A DNA stretch of 49,225 nt. Origin: Methanobacteriota archaeon (GTDB taxonomy: Archaea; Thermoplasmatota; Thermoplasmata; RBG-16-68-12). A program made the position numbers and the translations under genes. Below are positions 25,880 to 34,961 of the stretch, one piece after another. Every line of letters begins with the position of its first letter. The stretch's first letter is position 1. Under the pieces are notes generated by a model. The model ran no database searches. It saw only the letters and a list, made by a program, of their open reading frames with translations, and had not been told where the DNA came from. The stretch covers positions 1-49,225 of the forward strand of contig VBLR01000151.1 of NCBI GenBank assembly GCA_005878665.1, written 5' to 3'.

Positions 25880-26072
25880 CTTCTGACCAGGCCCTCGCGT
25901 GGGTCGCGTTCGAATACACGAGCCTTCTACTTAAACACTTTGACCTTGAAAACCCGAATGAGATTCCGAAAGTCTCGACCTTTCTCCATACGCGGGCGCT
26001 CCTCGGCGCACGATTTGTGGATGTGTCGCTGCCGTCGTGCGTCGCGTTTCGACCAGATCGATAATGCGGTCC

Positions 26073-26609
26073 TTACGCCACGGCCCGCTGCGTGATCATC
26101 TGGGCGAGCTTCGCAAACGCAATCTCGACATTCTCGCCCGTCTTCGCCGATGTGAACAAGAACGGTGCATCGTGCGCTTCCGCCGCGCTCTGGATGTCGG
26201 CCTTCGTGACGGTCATCTGACCCTTTAGGTCCGCTTTGTTCGCGAGGAATTCGATCGGGACGTTCCCCGTGACCTTCACGACCGCCGCGACCCAATCCTC
26301 CAAGTCGTCCAGCGTCTCCTTTCGGGTGACATCGCAGACGGCGAGGACGCCCTGGGCTCCATGGAAGTAGGCTTCCTTCAGGAGCTCGCGGAATCCTTTC
26401 TCGCCCATGATGTCCCAGATCGTCATGTCGACATCCATGCCGCCGCTCGGGCCGTCGACTTTGATCTCCTTCTTCGAGACTTTCGCCCCGAGGGTCGAGA
26501 TGTATCGGTCGTCGAACTGGTCCTGGATGAACCTCCGGATCAGGCACGTCTTGCCGACCGCGCCCTCGCCGACGAGGCAGACCTTGACCTTCATCTTTTG
26601 GCGGTCCAT
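26073..26609 (-). CDS. Ras-superfamily (Rab-like) small GTPase, paralogue 1
   Basis: G1 is GEGAVGKT, switch I YISTLGAKV, G3 WDIMGEKGF, G4 NKAD, G5 TSAK. 178 aa, no C-terminal Cys box. Confidence 0.9.
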   Translation of the reverse strand: MDRQKMKVKVCLVGEGAVGKTCLIRRFIQDQFDDRYISTLGAKVSKKEIKVDGPSGGMDVDMTIWDIMGEKGFRELLKEAYFHGAQGVLAVCDVTRKETLDDLEDWVAAVVKVTGNVPIEFLANKADLKGQMTVTKADIQSAAEAHDAPFLFTSAKTGENVEIAFAKLAQMITQRAVA

Positions 26610-26650
26610 TGGAATCCCTGAAATGGGTGCATCGCTCGCACACGCCTCAG

Positions 26651-26660
26651 GTTATAAAGG
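26651..26660 (-). promoter_or_regulatory. TATA-box-like element (CCTTTATAAC on minus strand) for GTPase paralogue 1
   Basis: Lies 42-51 nt upstream of ATG 26609, the same spacing as the element upstream of paralogue 3. Confidence 0.4.
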
Positions 26661-26725
26661 CGTTGCCCATCGGTTATCTACCGAGATAATGGCCGGGCCC
26701 TCGGAGCCGCCGAGTCGACGCTCGA

Positions 26726-27283
26726 TTACTCATTTCCGCGGTGCCCGATCGCCTCGGCGAGGGCACGGAACGCCTCGTTCACGCCGGCCCCGGTCTTGGC
26801 GGATGCGAGAAACTGCGGGGCGGTGTGGATCGACCCCATCCGGGCGAGCTCTTCCTGGCTGACGACGAGTCGCTCGGTCAAGTCCATCTTGTTCCCGAGG
26901 AAGACCATCGGGACGTTGCCCACCTGCTTCCGGATCATCTGGACCCAGTTGTTCAGATCGTAGAACGTGTCTTTGCGCGTGAGGTCGCAGACCGCGATCA
27001 CGCCCTGGGATCCCTCGAAATACGCATCGCGGAGCAGCGCCCGGAATCCTTTCTCGCCCATGATGTCCCAGACCATCATGTCGAGCGTCGCGGGAGCGCC
27101 CTTCCAGACCATGTCGACCGATTTCTTGGTGACTTTCGTGCCGACGGTCGCGATGTACCGATCGTCGAACTGATCCTGCACGAACCGCTTGATGAGCGAG
27201 GTCTTGCCGACCGCGACATCCCCGACGAGGCAGACCTTGGCCTTGAGGTGCTTCTGGCCGGCCATCGTGGAGGTCGCCATCAT
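26726..27283 (-). CDS. Ras-superfamily (Rab-like) small GTPase, paralogue 2
   Basis: G1 is GDVAVGKT, switch I YIATVGTKV, G3 WDIMGEKGF, G4 NKMD, G5 ASAK. The start may be the internal ATG at 27265 (MAGQKHLKAKVCLVGD), which aligns with the other two N-termini. Confidence 0.9.
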   Translation of the reverse strand: MMATSTMAGQKHLKAKVCLVGDVAVGKTSLIKRFVQDQFDDRYIATVGTKVTKKSVDMVWKGAPATLDMMVWDIMGEKGFRALLRDAYFEGSQGVIAVCDLTRKDTFYDLNNWVQMIRKQVGNVPMVFLGNKMDLTERLVVSQEELARMGSIHTAPQFLASAKTGAGVNEAFRALAEAIGHRGNE

Positions 27284-27303
27284 GCGTCACCCATTGGGCG
27301 CGG

Positions 27304-27311
27304 TCTTATGT
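27304..27311 (-). promoter_or_regulatory. TATA-box-like element (ACATAAGA on minus strand) for GTPase paralogue 2
   Basis: Lies 39-46 nt upstream of ATG 27265. This supports the shorter start and independent transcription. Confidence 0.3.
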
Positions 27312-27345
27312 ACCGTGAGCACGCGAGTATCGCCCCTGATAATTC

Positions 27346-27909
27346 TTACTCTTCAGGGAGCACTTTCCGTGCGTAACGCTCCTTCGCGACGCGCTCCGCC
27401 AGGGACTGGAACGCGTTCTCGACGTTGACGCCGGCCTTCGCCGACGTGAAGTGGAACGGACTATCGTATGCGCGCGCGGCCTGGACCATGTCGTCCTCGC
27501 TGATCTGGACCTGGTCTTTCAGGTCGACCTTGTTCCCGAGGAACTCGATCGGGATTTTGCCGGTCACGCTGTAGACGCCTTCGATCCAATCGTCGAGGTC
27601 GTCGAGCGTCTTCTTCCGGGTCACGTCGCACACCGCGAGGATCCCGCGGGCTCCGTAGAAGTACGCTTCCTTGAGCAGTTCTCGGAAGCCTTTCTGGCCC
27701 ATGATGTCCCAGATGGTCATGTCGATTTTCAGTTCCCCCGACCCGTCCGGCGAGGTCGAGGTCAGCTCCTTCTTGGAGACCTTCGTCCCCAGCGTCTGGA
27801 TGTACTTGTCATCGAAGTTCTCGAGCACGAATCGGCGGATGAGGGAGGTCTTGCCAACCGCGGCCTCGCCAACAAGGCAAACTTTCACTTTCATCCGCTT
27901 GACTTCCAT
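27346..27909 (-). CDS. Ras-superfamily (Rab-like) small GTPase, paralogue 3
   Basis: G1 is GEAAVGKT, switch I YIQTLGTKV, G3 WDIMGQKGF, G4 NKVD, G5 TSAK. 187 aa. Confidence 0.9.
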   Translation of the reverse strand: MEVKRMKVKVCLVGEAAVGKTSLIRRFVLENFDDKYIQTLGTKVSKKELTSTSPDGSGELKIDMTIWDIMGQKGFRELLKEAYFYGARGILAVCDVTRKKTLDDLDDWIEGVYSVTGKIPIEFLGNKVDLKDQVQISEDDMVQAARAYDSPFHFTSAKAGVNVENAFQSLAERVAKERYARKVLPEE

Positions 27910-27950
27910 GAAGAACCGCCCGGCGACGTGGCATAGCCCGCGAAGCCCGC

Positions 27951-27960
27951 TTAAAAGTTA
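27951..27960 (-). promoter_or_regulatory. TATA-box-like element (TAACTTTTAA on minus strand) for GTPase paralogue 3
   Basis: Lies 42-51 nt upstream of ATG 27909 in an otherwise GC-rich spacer. Confidence 0.4.
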
Positions 27961-28062
27961 TGGGAGCGTTATCACCGACGATACATGCAGACCTCCGGTT
28001 CGCTCATTCGTTGCGGTGTCACACGCGCGGGCTGAAAAGGCGAAGCGTTTTGTATTTTCGCC

Positions 28063-28254
28063 GTGATGCCGTGGATCGAAGGCGCGGCGATGTGTGACGA
28101 ATATTACGACGCGCGCATGAAGGCGTTCTGGCGGGCGCTCGCGGAAGCGGACGAACGAGAAGTGGACGAGAAAGAAGACGAGCCAATCGTGCAACCGCTC
28201 GTCCTCGAGATCGCCGAACCGCAAAAGGCCAAGCCGAAAACGCTCCTCCGCTGA
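28063..28254 (+). CDS. hypothetical 63-aa acidic protein, divergent from the GTPase array
   Basis: MMPWIEGAAMCDEYYDARMKAFWRALAEADEREVDEKEDEPIVQPLVLEIAEPQKAKPKTLLR. GC3-biased codons. The competing minus-strand ORFs here are Arg-rich junk. No family recognised. Confidence 0.4.
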   Translation: MMPWIEGAAMCDEYYDARMKAFWRALAEADEREVDEKEDEPIVQPLVLEIAEPQKAKPKTLLR

Positions 28255-28315
28255 AGCGAAAGAGCGAGACGCCGGCGCACGGCTTTCCCAGGAGGCGGAG
28301 CCTCGCTCTCCAAAG

Positions 28316-28325
28316 AATTATATAC
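28316..28325 (+). promoter_or_regulatory. TATA-box-like element (AATTATATAC), candidate promoter of the rpl3-secY operon
   Basis: The strongest AT-rich element between the GTPase array and rpl3. It lies about 180 nt upstream of ATG 28504, implying a ~150-nt leader. Confidence 0.4.
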
Positions 28326-28503
28326 GGCCCCTCCATAGGGACGGCCCAACGCGTCGACCAGACGCCCCCGGGCAATCCCTCCGTGGATCCCGGAAATGCG
28401 GGCCCGATTCTTCTGGCCTGGCAGGCGGCGTCACGGTGTCGCGACCGAACGCCCGCGGCTCATCGTACGCGAGGAGAGACCACTCTGTGCGGAGGAGTGG
28501 CGA

Positions 28504-29508
28504 ATGCCGAAGGAACACCGACCGAGACACGGATCGATGGGCTTTTCGCCCCGCAAGCGGAGCGAGAGCCCGATTCCGCATTTCTCAAGTTGGCCCGACG
28601 TTGACGGCGGCACGCCGAGACTGCAGGGCTTCGCCGGCTACAAGGCGGGCATGACCCACGCGATCGTGGTCGACTACCGGCCCACCTCGACGACCTCGGG
28701 GCAGGAGGTCCAAGTCCCCGTGACCGTGGTCGAGGTGCCGCCGATGCGGGTCGCCGCGGTCCGATTGTACCGCCGCGTGCCAGAGGGCCTCAAGACGGCC
28801 GCGGAAGTATGGGCGGCGCAACTGGAGAAAGAGCTTCGACGCGTCTTCCCGATTCCGAAAGAGTACGATGCGGAAGAGGCCTGGTCGAAGGTCGACCCGG
28901 CCCACGTCGACGAGGTTCGGGTGATCACATACACGCAGCCGTCGCTCGTCACCGGCGTCCCGAAGAAGAAGCCGGACCTCATGGAAAATCGCGTCGGTGG
29001 CGGATCGATTGAAGACCGCATCAAGTACGCGCGTGGCCTCCTTGGGAAGGAAATTCCCGTCACCGAATTCTGTCGCGAAGGATCCATGGTGGACGTCGCC
29101 GCGATCACGAAAGGGAAGGGATGGCAAGGCCACCACACGCGCTGGGGCACGCGGCTCCTGAGTCACAAGAACTCAAAACATCGGCGAAACATCGGCACGC
29201 TCGGGAACTTCCAGCCCGGGTATGTGCGCCCGACCGTGCCGCAAGGCGGCCAATTCGGCTATCATCAGCGGACCGAGTACAACAAGCGAATCCTGAAGAT
29301 CGGCGACAAAGCGGAAGAGGTCACGCCGGACGGCGGCTTCCTCCACTACGGGAATCTCCGGAATCCGTACGTGCTGCTGCACGGGTCGATACCGGGCCCG
29401 ACGAAACGCCTCATCCGATTCCGCGATGCGGCTCGAGGCGGATTCGTGAAACTCGAGAAGTCTCCCGACCTCACGTTCATCTCCCGTGAATCGAAGCAGG
29501 GGGTGTGA
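28504..29508 (+). CDS. rpl3: 50S ribosomal protein L3 (uL3)
   Basis: MPKEHRPRHGSMGFSPRKRS...GYKAGMTH is typical of archaeal L3. The track start at 28396 adds an implausible Arg-rich extension. Confidence 0.95.
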   Translation: MPKEHRPRHGSMGFSPRKRSESPIPHFSSWPDVDGGTPRLQGFAGYKAGMTHAIVVDYRPTSTTSGQEVQVPVTVVEVPPMRVAAVRLYRRVPEGLKTAAEVWAAQLEKELRRVFPIPKEYDAEEAWSKVDPAHVDEVRVITYTQPSLVTGVPKKKPDLMENRVGGGSIEDRIKYARGLLGKEIPVTEFCREGSMVDVAAITKGKGWQGHHTRWGTRLLSHKNSKHRRNIGTLGNFQPGYVRPTVPQGGQFGYHQRTEYNKRILKIGDKAEEVTPDGGFLHYGNLRNPYVLLHGSIPGPTKRLIRFRDAARGGFVKLEKSPDLTFISRESKQGV

Positions 29509-29513
29509 CGTCG

Positions 29514-30449
29514 ATGGCGGATCCCGAGGAAAAGAAGGACGCCGCGGGATCCGCGGAGGCCGAACCCGCACCGAAGCGCCGTCGGAGGGCTTCGAAACCC
29601 GCGAAGGCCGCGAAGGCTGCGAAGGCCACGAAGGGGAAGGAAGAAAAACGGGAAACGCCCGCGGTGAAAGCCGGTCAGGTCCACGTGTATTCGCTCGATG
29701 GCGATGTCGTGAAGACGATCGACCTCCCGACCGTATTCCGGTCCGACATCCGCCTCGACCTGATTCGACGCGCGGTGACCGCGTTCCAGGCGAATCGACG
29801 ACAGCCGTACGGTCCGGGCATCGGGGCGGGGATGCGCCACTCCGTCCGCTGGTCGGGCAAGGGACACGGCGTCTCGCGGGTTCCGCGCCTTCGGGGCACG
29901 ATGACCGGCGCGCAGGCGCCGGGAACCGTCGGCGGTCGCCGGGCTCATCCGCCCCGTCCGGACACCGTATGGGCGAAGAAAATCAACGAACACGAACGGC
30001 GTCTCGCCCGCAACGCGGCGCTCGCGGCCCTGAAGGATCCGCAGATGGTCGCATCGCGCGGACACCGGTTCCCGGACGACGTCACGCTCCCCGTTGTGAT
30101 CGAGGACGGCATCGAGACGCTCACCCCCGAATCGGGCGCGACGCGCGAGGGGCTGAAGATTCTCAATCACCTCGGCCTTATGCACGATGTCGAACGGGCG
30201 AAAGACGGACGGCACATCCGAGCCGGACGCGGGAAGATGCGCGGTCGGCGGTATCGGCAACCGCGGAGCGTCCTCGTCGTCGTGAAGGAGGCCCGCACGG
30301 TCCGTCGCCTCCTGGGAAACCTCCCGGGCGTCGAGGTCGTCAGTCCGGCGGCGTTGAACGCCGAGGTCCTCGCCCCCGGGGGCGATCCGGGGCGGCTCAC
30401 CGTCTTCAGTGAAGGGGCGCTCGAGGTGCTCAGGAGTTGGCCACCGTGA
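29514..30449 (+). CDS. rpl4: 50S ribosomal protein L4 (uL4) with Lys/Ala-rich N-terminal extension
   Basis: The core runs from VHVYSLDGDVVKTIDLPTVF ... RAHPPRP ... RAGRGKMRGRRY. It is preceded by ~55 aa of AEPAPKRRRRASKPAKAAKAAKATKGKEEK. Confidence 0.93.
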   Translation: MADPEEKKDAAGSAEAEPAPKRRRRASKPAKAAKAAKATKGKEEKRETPAVKAGQVHVYSLDGDVVKTIDLPTVFRSDIRLDLIRRAVTAFQANRRQPYGPGIGAGMRHSVRWSGKGHGVSRVPRLRGTMTGAQAPGTVGGRRAHPPRPDTVWAKKINEHERRLARNAALAALKDPQMVASRGHRFPDDVTLPVVIEDGIETLTPESGATREGLKILNHLGLMHDVERAKDGRHIRAGRGKMRGRRYRQPRSVLVVVKEARTVRRLLGNLPGVEVVSPAALNAEVLAPGGDPGRLTVFSEGALEVLRSWPP

Positions 30450-30727
30450 AGCCCCACGAGATCCTCCTCCATCCGTACGTCACAGAGAAGACGATGAACA
30501 TGCTCCAGGGGACGCCGGCGCAGGATCTGAAAGACGGCAATCGCCTCGAGTTCCTCGTCCGCCGACAAGCGACGCGGGACCAGGTCAAGAAAGCGTTCGA
30601 GGACCTCTTCCAGGTGAAAGTCGAGAAGGTCAACACGTTCGTGCGTAAGGATGGCAAACACGCGATCATCAAATTGAAGCCGGGCTTTTCCGCGGAGGAG
30701 ATCGGGATGCGGATCGGGGTGTTCTGA
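30446..30727 (+). CDS. rpl23: 50S ribosomal protein L23 (uL23)
   Basis: VKPHEILLHPYVTEKTMNML...HAIIKLKPG. GTG 30446 overlaps the rpl4 stop (GTGA); TTG 30437 is the alternative. Confidence 0.93.
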   Translation: MKPHEILLHPYVTEKTMNMLQGTPAQDLKDGNRLEFLVRRQATRDQVKKAFEDLFQVKVEKVNTFVRKDGKHAIIKLKPGFSAEEIGMRIGVF

Positions 30728-31440
30728 TGGGGAAGAATCTGCGACCCCAGAGGCGCGGCCGCGGCACCTCGCCGACGTACCGGTCGCCGAGCCACCGCCA
30801 TCCCGGTCCCGTCGTCCATCCGCACCTTCGCGGGACCGGCGTCGTCACGGACATCTTCCAGGCGCCCGGTCACACCGCGCCGCTCGCGCGCGTCCGCTTC
30901 GACGGCCAGGAAGTCCTCATGATCGCGTGTGACGGTCTCTCGATCGGCCAGGCGGTCACACACGGCATGCCGAACGTGGACCGAGGGAACACGTTGCCCC
31001 TCCGCGACATCCCGGAAGGAACGCTCGTCTACAACGTGGAAGCGATGCCCGGGGACGGAGGGAAGTTCGTCCGCGCCGCGGGGACGCAAGCCGTCGTCGT
31101 CAGCCAAGCCGAGCGAACGGTCGTCCAGCTACCGTCCGGACAGTTCCACACGTTCCATCCGGACTGCCGGGCCACGATCGGCGCGGTCGCGGGAGCGGGC
31201 CGTGGAGACAAGCCCTTCACGAAGGCTGGCAAGAAGTGGTTCTCGTATCAATCGCTCAGCAAGGCGGCCTTTCACGTCCGCGGGGTCGCGATGAATCCAG
31301 TCGACCACCCACACGGTGGCGGGTCACACCAGCACGTCGGGAAACCGTCGACCGTGGGCTATGACGCTCCTCCCGGCCGGAAGGTCGGCCGGATGTCCCC
31401 GAAGCCGAAGCGGCTGAAGGAAAAACGACGGAGGTCCTGA
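30727..31440 (+). CDS. rpl2: 50S ribosomal protein L2 (uL2)
   Basis: 237 aa: GKNLRPQRRGRG...MNPVDHPHGGG. Confidence 0.96.
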   Translation: MGKNLRPQRRGRGTSPTYRSPSHRHPGPVVHPHLRGTGVVTDIFQAPGHTAPLARVRFDGQEVLMIACDGLSIGQAVTHGMPNVDRGNTLPLRDIPEGTLVYNVEAMPGDGGKFVRAAGTQAVVVSQAERTVVQLPSGQFHTFHPDCRATIGAVAGAGRGDKPFTKAGKKWFSYQSLSKAAFHVRGVAMNPVDHPHGGGSHQHVGKPSTVGYDAPPGRKVGRMSPKPKRLKEKRRRS

Positions 31441-31442
31441 AC

Positions 31443-31910
31443 GTGGCGAAGAAGCAGATGGGTGGGCTCGCGAAAGCCGCGAGACGGAAGCTGCGGAAGC
31501 GCGCGGGCTTAGTCGAGACGCGGCGCAAGAAGGAGTTCACGTACCGCGGGTACACGCTCGACGAGATGAAGGCGATGACCCTCGAAGAGATCATCGAGCT
31601 CCTGCCCGCCCGACCTCGACGCTCGTTCATGCGCGGCATCGATGAGGAGCGCTTCACGTTCGTCGAGAAGGTCCGCGCGAACGGCACCGATGAGGCGGTG
31701 CGCACGCATTGCCGCGACGTCCCGATCCTGCCGGATTTCGTCGGCAAGAAGGTCGCGGTGCACAACGGGAAAGAATTCGTGACCGTCGAGATCAAGGCGG
31801 AGATGATCGGGCACTACATCGGCGAGTTCGCAATGACGCGCAAGCCGGTCACCCACAGCGGACCGGGCGTCGGGGCGACGCGATCGTCGAAGTTCATGCC
31901 GCTGAAGTGA
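31443..31910 (+). CDS. rps19: 30S ribosomal protein S19 (uS19)
   Basis: FTYRGYTLDEMKAM...VAVHNGKEFVTVEIKAEMIGHYIGEFAMTRK. GTG start. Confidence 0.95.
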   Translation: MAKKQMGGLAKAARRKLRKRAGLVETRRKKEFTYRGYTLDEMKAMTLEEIIELLPARPRRSFMRGIDEERFTFVEKVRANGTDEAVRTHCRDVPILPDFVGKKVAVHNGKEFVTVEIKAEMIGHYIGEFAMTRKPVTHSGPGVGATRSSKFMPLK

Positions 31911-31917
31911 GGTTCGA

Positions 31918-32373
31918 ATGACGAAGTTCGGGTACACGGTCGAATACAAGATCGAGACGATGGCCCGAGCCTACGGCCGGGAGCTGCCGCTCGCCTGGAA
32001 GAAGTCCGTCGAGCTCGCCCGACAGCTCCGCGGGAAGACGGTCGACCAGGCGCGCGAATACCTCGAAAAGGTGATCGCGCTCAAGCAGCCCGTGCCGATG
32101 AAGAAGTATAAACGGTGGGTCGCGCACAAGTCCGGAGTCGGGCCGGCCCGCTACCCGGTCAAAGCGGCGAAGGCGTTCCTCAAGATCCTCGAGAGCGCGG
32201 TCGCGAACGCGGAATTCACGGGGAAGGAGGATCCCGACGCGATGGTCATCCGTGTGATCAACGCCCACAAGGGGGCGACGACGAAAGCGTTCCGCCCTCG
32301 AGCATACGGGCGAAGCGGTCCATGGAACCAGGACACCGTGAACCTCGAGATCGTCCTGGAAGAGGTGGCGTGA
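31918..32373 (+). CDS. rpl22: 50S ribosomal protein L22 (uL22)
   Basis: 151 aa: ARAYGRELPLAWKKSVELARQLRGKTVDQA...INAHKGATTKAFRPRAYGR. Confidence 0.95.
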   Translation: MTKFGYTVEYKIETMARAYGRELPLAWKKSVELARQLRGKTVDQAREYLEKVIALKQPVPMKKYKRWVAHKSGVGPARYPVKAAKAFLKILESAVANAEFTGKEDPDAMVIRVINAHKGATTKAFRPRAYGRSGPWNQDTVNLEIVLEEVA

Positions 32374-32374
32374 G

Positions 32375-33265
32375 ATGCCGGCGGAAGCGAAGGTCAACCG
32401 AAAGGACAAGCGGATCATCGTCGAGAACGTCCGCCGCGTCCTCCTCAAGGAATACCTGATGAACGAGACGCGACGGGCCGGCTTCGGCGGGCTGGACATC
32501 CAACGCACGCCGATGGGGACCCGGGTCACCCTCCTGGCCGAACGTCCGGGGCTCGTCATCGGCCGGAAGGGCGGCGCGATCAAGAGCCTCACGGAAGCGG
32601 TCGAGCAAAAGTTCCGGTTCGACAACCCGCAGATCGAAGTCCAGGAGGTCGCGAGCCCTGCGCTGAACGCCCAGATCATGGCGGAGAAGCTCGCGAACGC
32701 CCTCGAGCGGGGCTGGCATTTCCGACGGGCCGGCCACTCGACCGTGCGGCGGATCATGGAAGCCGGCGCGAAGGGTTGCCTCGTCGTGATCGCGGGCAAG
32801 CTCACGGGGCAGCGGCATCGCACGGAGAAGTTCAAGGCGGGTCACATCAAGTACTGCGGCGAGCCGCGGAACCTCTGGATGGACCTCGGGTTCGCATCGG
32901 CCAAACTGAAGCCCGGCGTCATCGGAGTGACCGTCGAGATCATGGATCCGCGGGCGAAGCTGCCCGACGAAATCGAGATCAAGAAGCCGACCGCCGAGTA
33001 CCTCGCCGCCGCGGCGGCTGCTGCGGAGGCAGAACGGATTGCCCCGCCGGAGCCGATCGTCGAGGTCGCGGCCGTGGTCGGACCCGGAATCGATGGAGAG
33101 TCGGTCGAAGAGCCGGAGCCCCTGATCGTCCCCGAAGAGGCCGATCCGGCGAAGAAGGTCAAGAAGAGCAAGGTCGCGGCGAAGCGGCTCAAGAAAGTCG
33201 CGAAGCAGGTGAGTGAACTCGGGGTCGACGTCGACGTGGACACCGGAGGAGGCGACGAAACGTAA
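32375..33265 (+). CDS. rps3: 30S ribosomal protein S3 (uS3) with long acidic/Lys-rich C-terminal tail
   Basis: KH-domain core ([36 protein letters not shown]) plus a ~80-aa tail. Confidence 0.95.
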   Translation: MPAEAKVNRKDKRIIVENVRRVLLKEYLMNETRRAGFGGLDIQRTPMGTRVTLLAERPGLVIGRKGGAIKSLTEAVEQKFRFDNPQIEVQEVASPALNAQIMAEKLANALERGWHFRRAGHSTVRRIMEAGAKGCLVVIAGKLTGQRHRTEKFKAGHIKYCGEPRNLWMDLGFASAKLKPGVIGVTVEIMDPRAKLPDEIEIKKPTAEYLAAAAAAAEAERIAPPEPIVEVAAVVGPGIDGESVEEPEPLIVPEEADPAKKVKKSKVAAKRLKKVAKQVSELGVDVDVDTGGGDET

Positions 33266-33531
33266 TGCCGCTGCTCCGGACGAAGGAGATCCGCGCGATG
33301 GACGCGGAGACGATCGCGAAGAAGCTCACGGAGCTTCGGGACGAACTCATGCATGAGCGGGGCGTGGCCGCGATGGGTGGCGCGCCGCCGAACCCCGGGA
33401 AGATCCGGGCGCTCCGGAAGAACATCGCTCGTATCCTGACAATCATGCGAGAGGAAGAGTTGGCGGGAAGCGCCCCGGCCCCGGCGAAAGCCGCTCCCGG
33501 GAAGGCCGCTCCGTCCGGAGAGGAGACGTGA
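33265..33531 (+). CDS. rpl29: 50S ribosomal protein L29 (uL29)
   Basis: [30 protein letters not shown]... plus an Ala/Pro/Lys tail. The ATG overlaps the rps3 TAA by 1 nt. Confidence 0.93.
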   Translation: MPLLRTKEIRAMDAETIAKKLTELRDELMHERGVAAMGGAPPNPGKIRALRKNIARILTIMREEELAGSAPAPAKAAPGKAAPSGEET

Positions 33532-33785
33532 TGGTGAACCTGCGGAAGCACGAGCTGATCGGGCTCCGGGTGGAGGTCGTCGATGCATCCGACCCGAGCC
33601 AGGAGCATGTCCGCGGACGCGTCGTCGACGAGACTCGGAACATGCTGGTGGTCGACGTGCAGGGAGAGGAGAAGCGAATCCCGAAACACGGCAGCCGCTT
33701 CCGGTTCGACGTCCCCGGCGGCTTCGAGGTCGACGGCGATGAGATTCGATTTCGACCCGAGGATCGCGTGAAGAAGGCCCGGTGA
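33528..33785 (+). CDS. rnp1: RNase P protein component 1 (Rpp29/Pop4 homologue)
   Basis: [34 protein letters not shown]....IPK...F.F is the Sm-like Rpp29 fold signature, at its conserved position between rpl29 and rps17. Confidence 0.88.
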   Translation: MMVNLRKHELIGLRVEVVDASDPSQEHVRGRVVDETRNMLVVDVQGEEKRIPKHGSRFRFDVPGGFEVDGDEIRFRPEDRVKKAR

Positions 33786-33791
33786 ATTGAG

Positions 33792-34190
33792 ATGGCGGGG
33801 AAGAAGGCGCAGAAGAAACCGGCCACGCCGGCCTCCGCGCCGAAACCGGTCGGCTCGACCGTGCGGGACGTCGGGATTGACGTTCCGATACCGGAGAAGC
33901 CGTGCACGGACCCGAAATGCCCGTTCCACGGTCGACTGTCCGTCCGCGGCCAGACCCTGGAAGGCGTCGTCGTGTCGACTCGGATGCAGAACACGGTCGT
34001 CATCGAGCGCCAGTACCTGCGGTTCATCCGGAAGTATCAGCGCTACGAGAAGCGGACGCACCGCATGAATGTCCACGCGCCGCCGTGCCTCGGGCTCCAG
34101 ATCGGGCATCGTGTCCTCGCGATGGAATGCCGGCCCCTCGGGAAGACCGTCCACTTCGTCGCGATTCACAACCAGGGGGTCGCCGGATGA
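33792..34190 (+). CDS. rps17: 30S ribosomal protein S17 (uS17)
   Basis: [51 protein letters not shown], preceded by a Lys/Pro-rich N-terminus. Confidence 0.95.
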   Translation: MAGKKAQKKPATPASAPKPVGSTVRDVGIDVPIPEKPCTDPKCPFHGRLSVRGQTLEGVVVSTRMQNTVVIERQYLRFIRKYQRYEKRTHRMNVHAPPCLGLQIGHRVLAMECRPLGKTVHFVAIHNQGVAG

Positions 34191-34585
34191 AGGGACTCCC
34201 GGGCCGACAGACGCGCGGATTGCCGAAGGGCGCGCGCCTCGAGTGCATCGACAACACCGGCGCGAAGATCGTCGAGATCATCGAGGTCATGAAGTACCGC
34301 GGCGTCCGCAACCGAATCTCGAGCGCGGGCATCGCGGACCTCCTGGTCGTCACGGTCAAGAAAGGCACGCCGGAGACGCGCAAGCAAGTGATGAACGCCG
34401 TCATCGTGCGCCAACGCCGACCGTTCCGCCGGCCGGAGGGCATGATGGTCCAGTTCGAGGACAACGCGTGCGTGATCGTGACCCCGGAAGGCGAAGTGAA
34501 AGGCTCGGACATCAAGGGCCCCGTGGCCCGCGAGGCCGCGGAGCGCTGGCCGCGGGTCGCCGCGACGGCGAGCATGATCGTGTGA
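34187..34585 (+). CDS. rpl14: 50S ribosomal protein L14 (uL14)
   Basis: [32 protein letters not shown]... ATG 34187 overlaps the rps17 stop (ATGA). Confidence 0.96.
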   Translation: MKGLPGRQTRGLPKGARLECIDNTGAKIVEIIEVMKYRGVRNRISSAGIADLLVVTVKKGTPETRKQVMNAVIVRQRRPFRRPEGMMVQFEDNACVIVTPEGEVKGSDIKGPVAREAAERWPRVAATASMIV

Positions 34586-34594
34586 GGACTCCGG

Positions 34595-34954
34595 ATGACG
34601 AGCAGGAAACCCCGGACCCAACGGAAGCGGGCGGCGAACGCGCCGCTGCATACGAAACGGATCATGGCATCGTCTCATCTCGCGCCGGAAATCCACGACA
34701 AGTCGAAGGCTCACCTACCGCGGGCCCTTCCGGTCCGAAAAGGCGACACGGTCCGCATCATGCGAGGCGGCTTCCGCGGGAAGGAAGGAAAGGTCGTCTC
34801 CGTGGATCGCGTCCATGGGACCGTCGTCATCGAAGGGATCACGATCGAGAAGGTGGATGAGAAGAAAGTGGCCCGGCCGCTGCACGCCTCGAATCTCCTC
34901 ATCGTCCGCATGGACGACACGGATCCATGGCGCCGGCGCAAATTCGAGGAGTGA
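34595..34954 (+). CDS. rpl24: 50S ribosomal protein L24 (uL24)
   Basis: KOW motif: VRKGDTVRIMRGGFRGKEGKVVSVD. Confidence 0.95.
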   Translation: MTSRKPRTQRKRAANAPLHTKRIMASSHLAPEIHDKSKAHLPRALPVRKGDTVRIMRGGFRGKEGKVVSVDRVHGTVVIEGITIEKVDEKKVARPLHASNLLIVRMDDTDPWRRRKFEE

Positions 34955-34961
34955 GTCGACC

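Noticed and set aside
28396-28503. In-frame upstream ATG that would add 36 residues to L3
   Set aside because: The added peptide (MRARFFWPGRRRHGVATERPRLIVREERPLCAEEWR) is unlike any L3 N-terminus. The canonical archaeal L3 start MPK.HRPR begins at ATG 28504.
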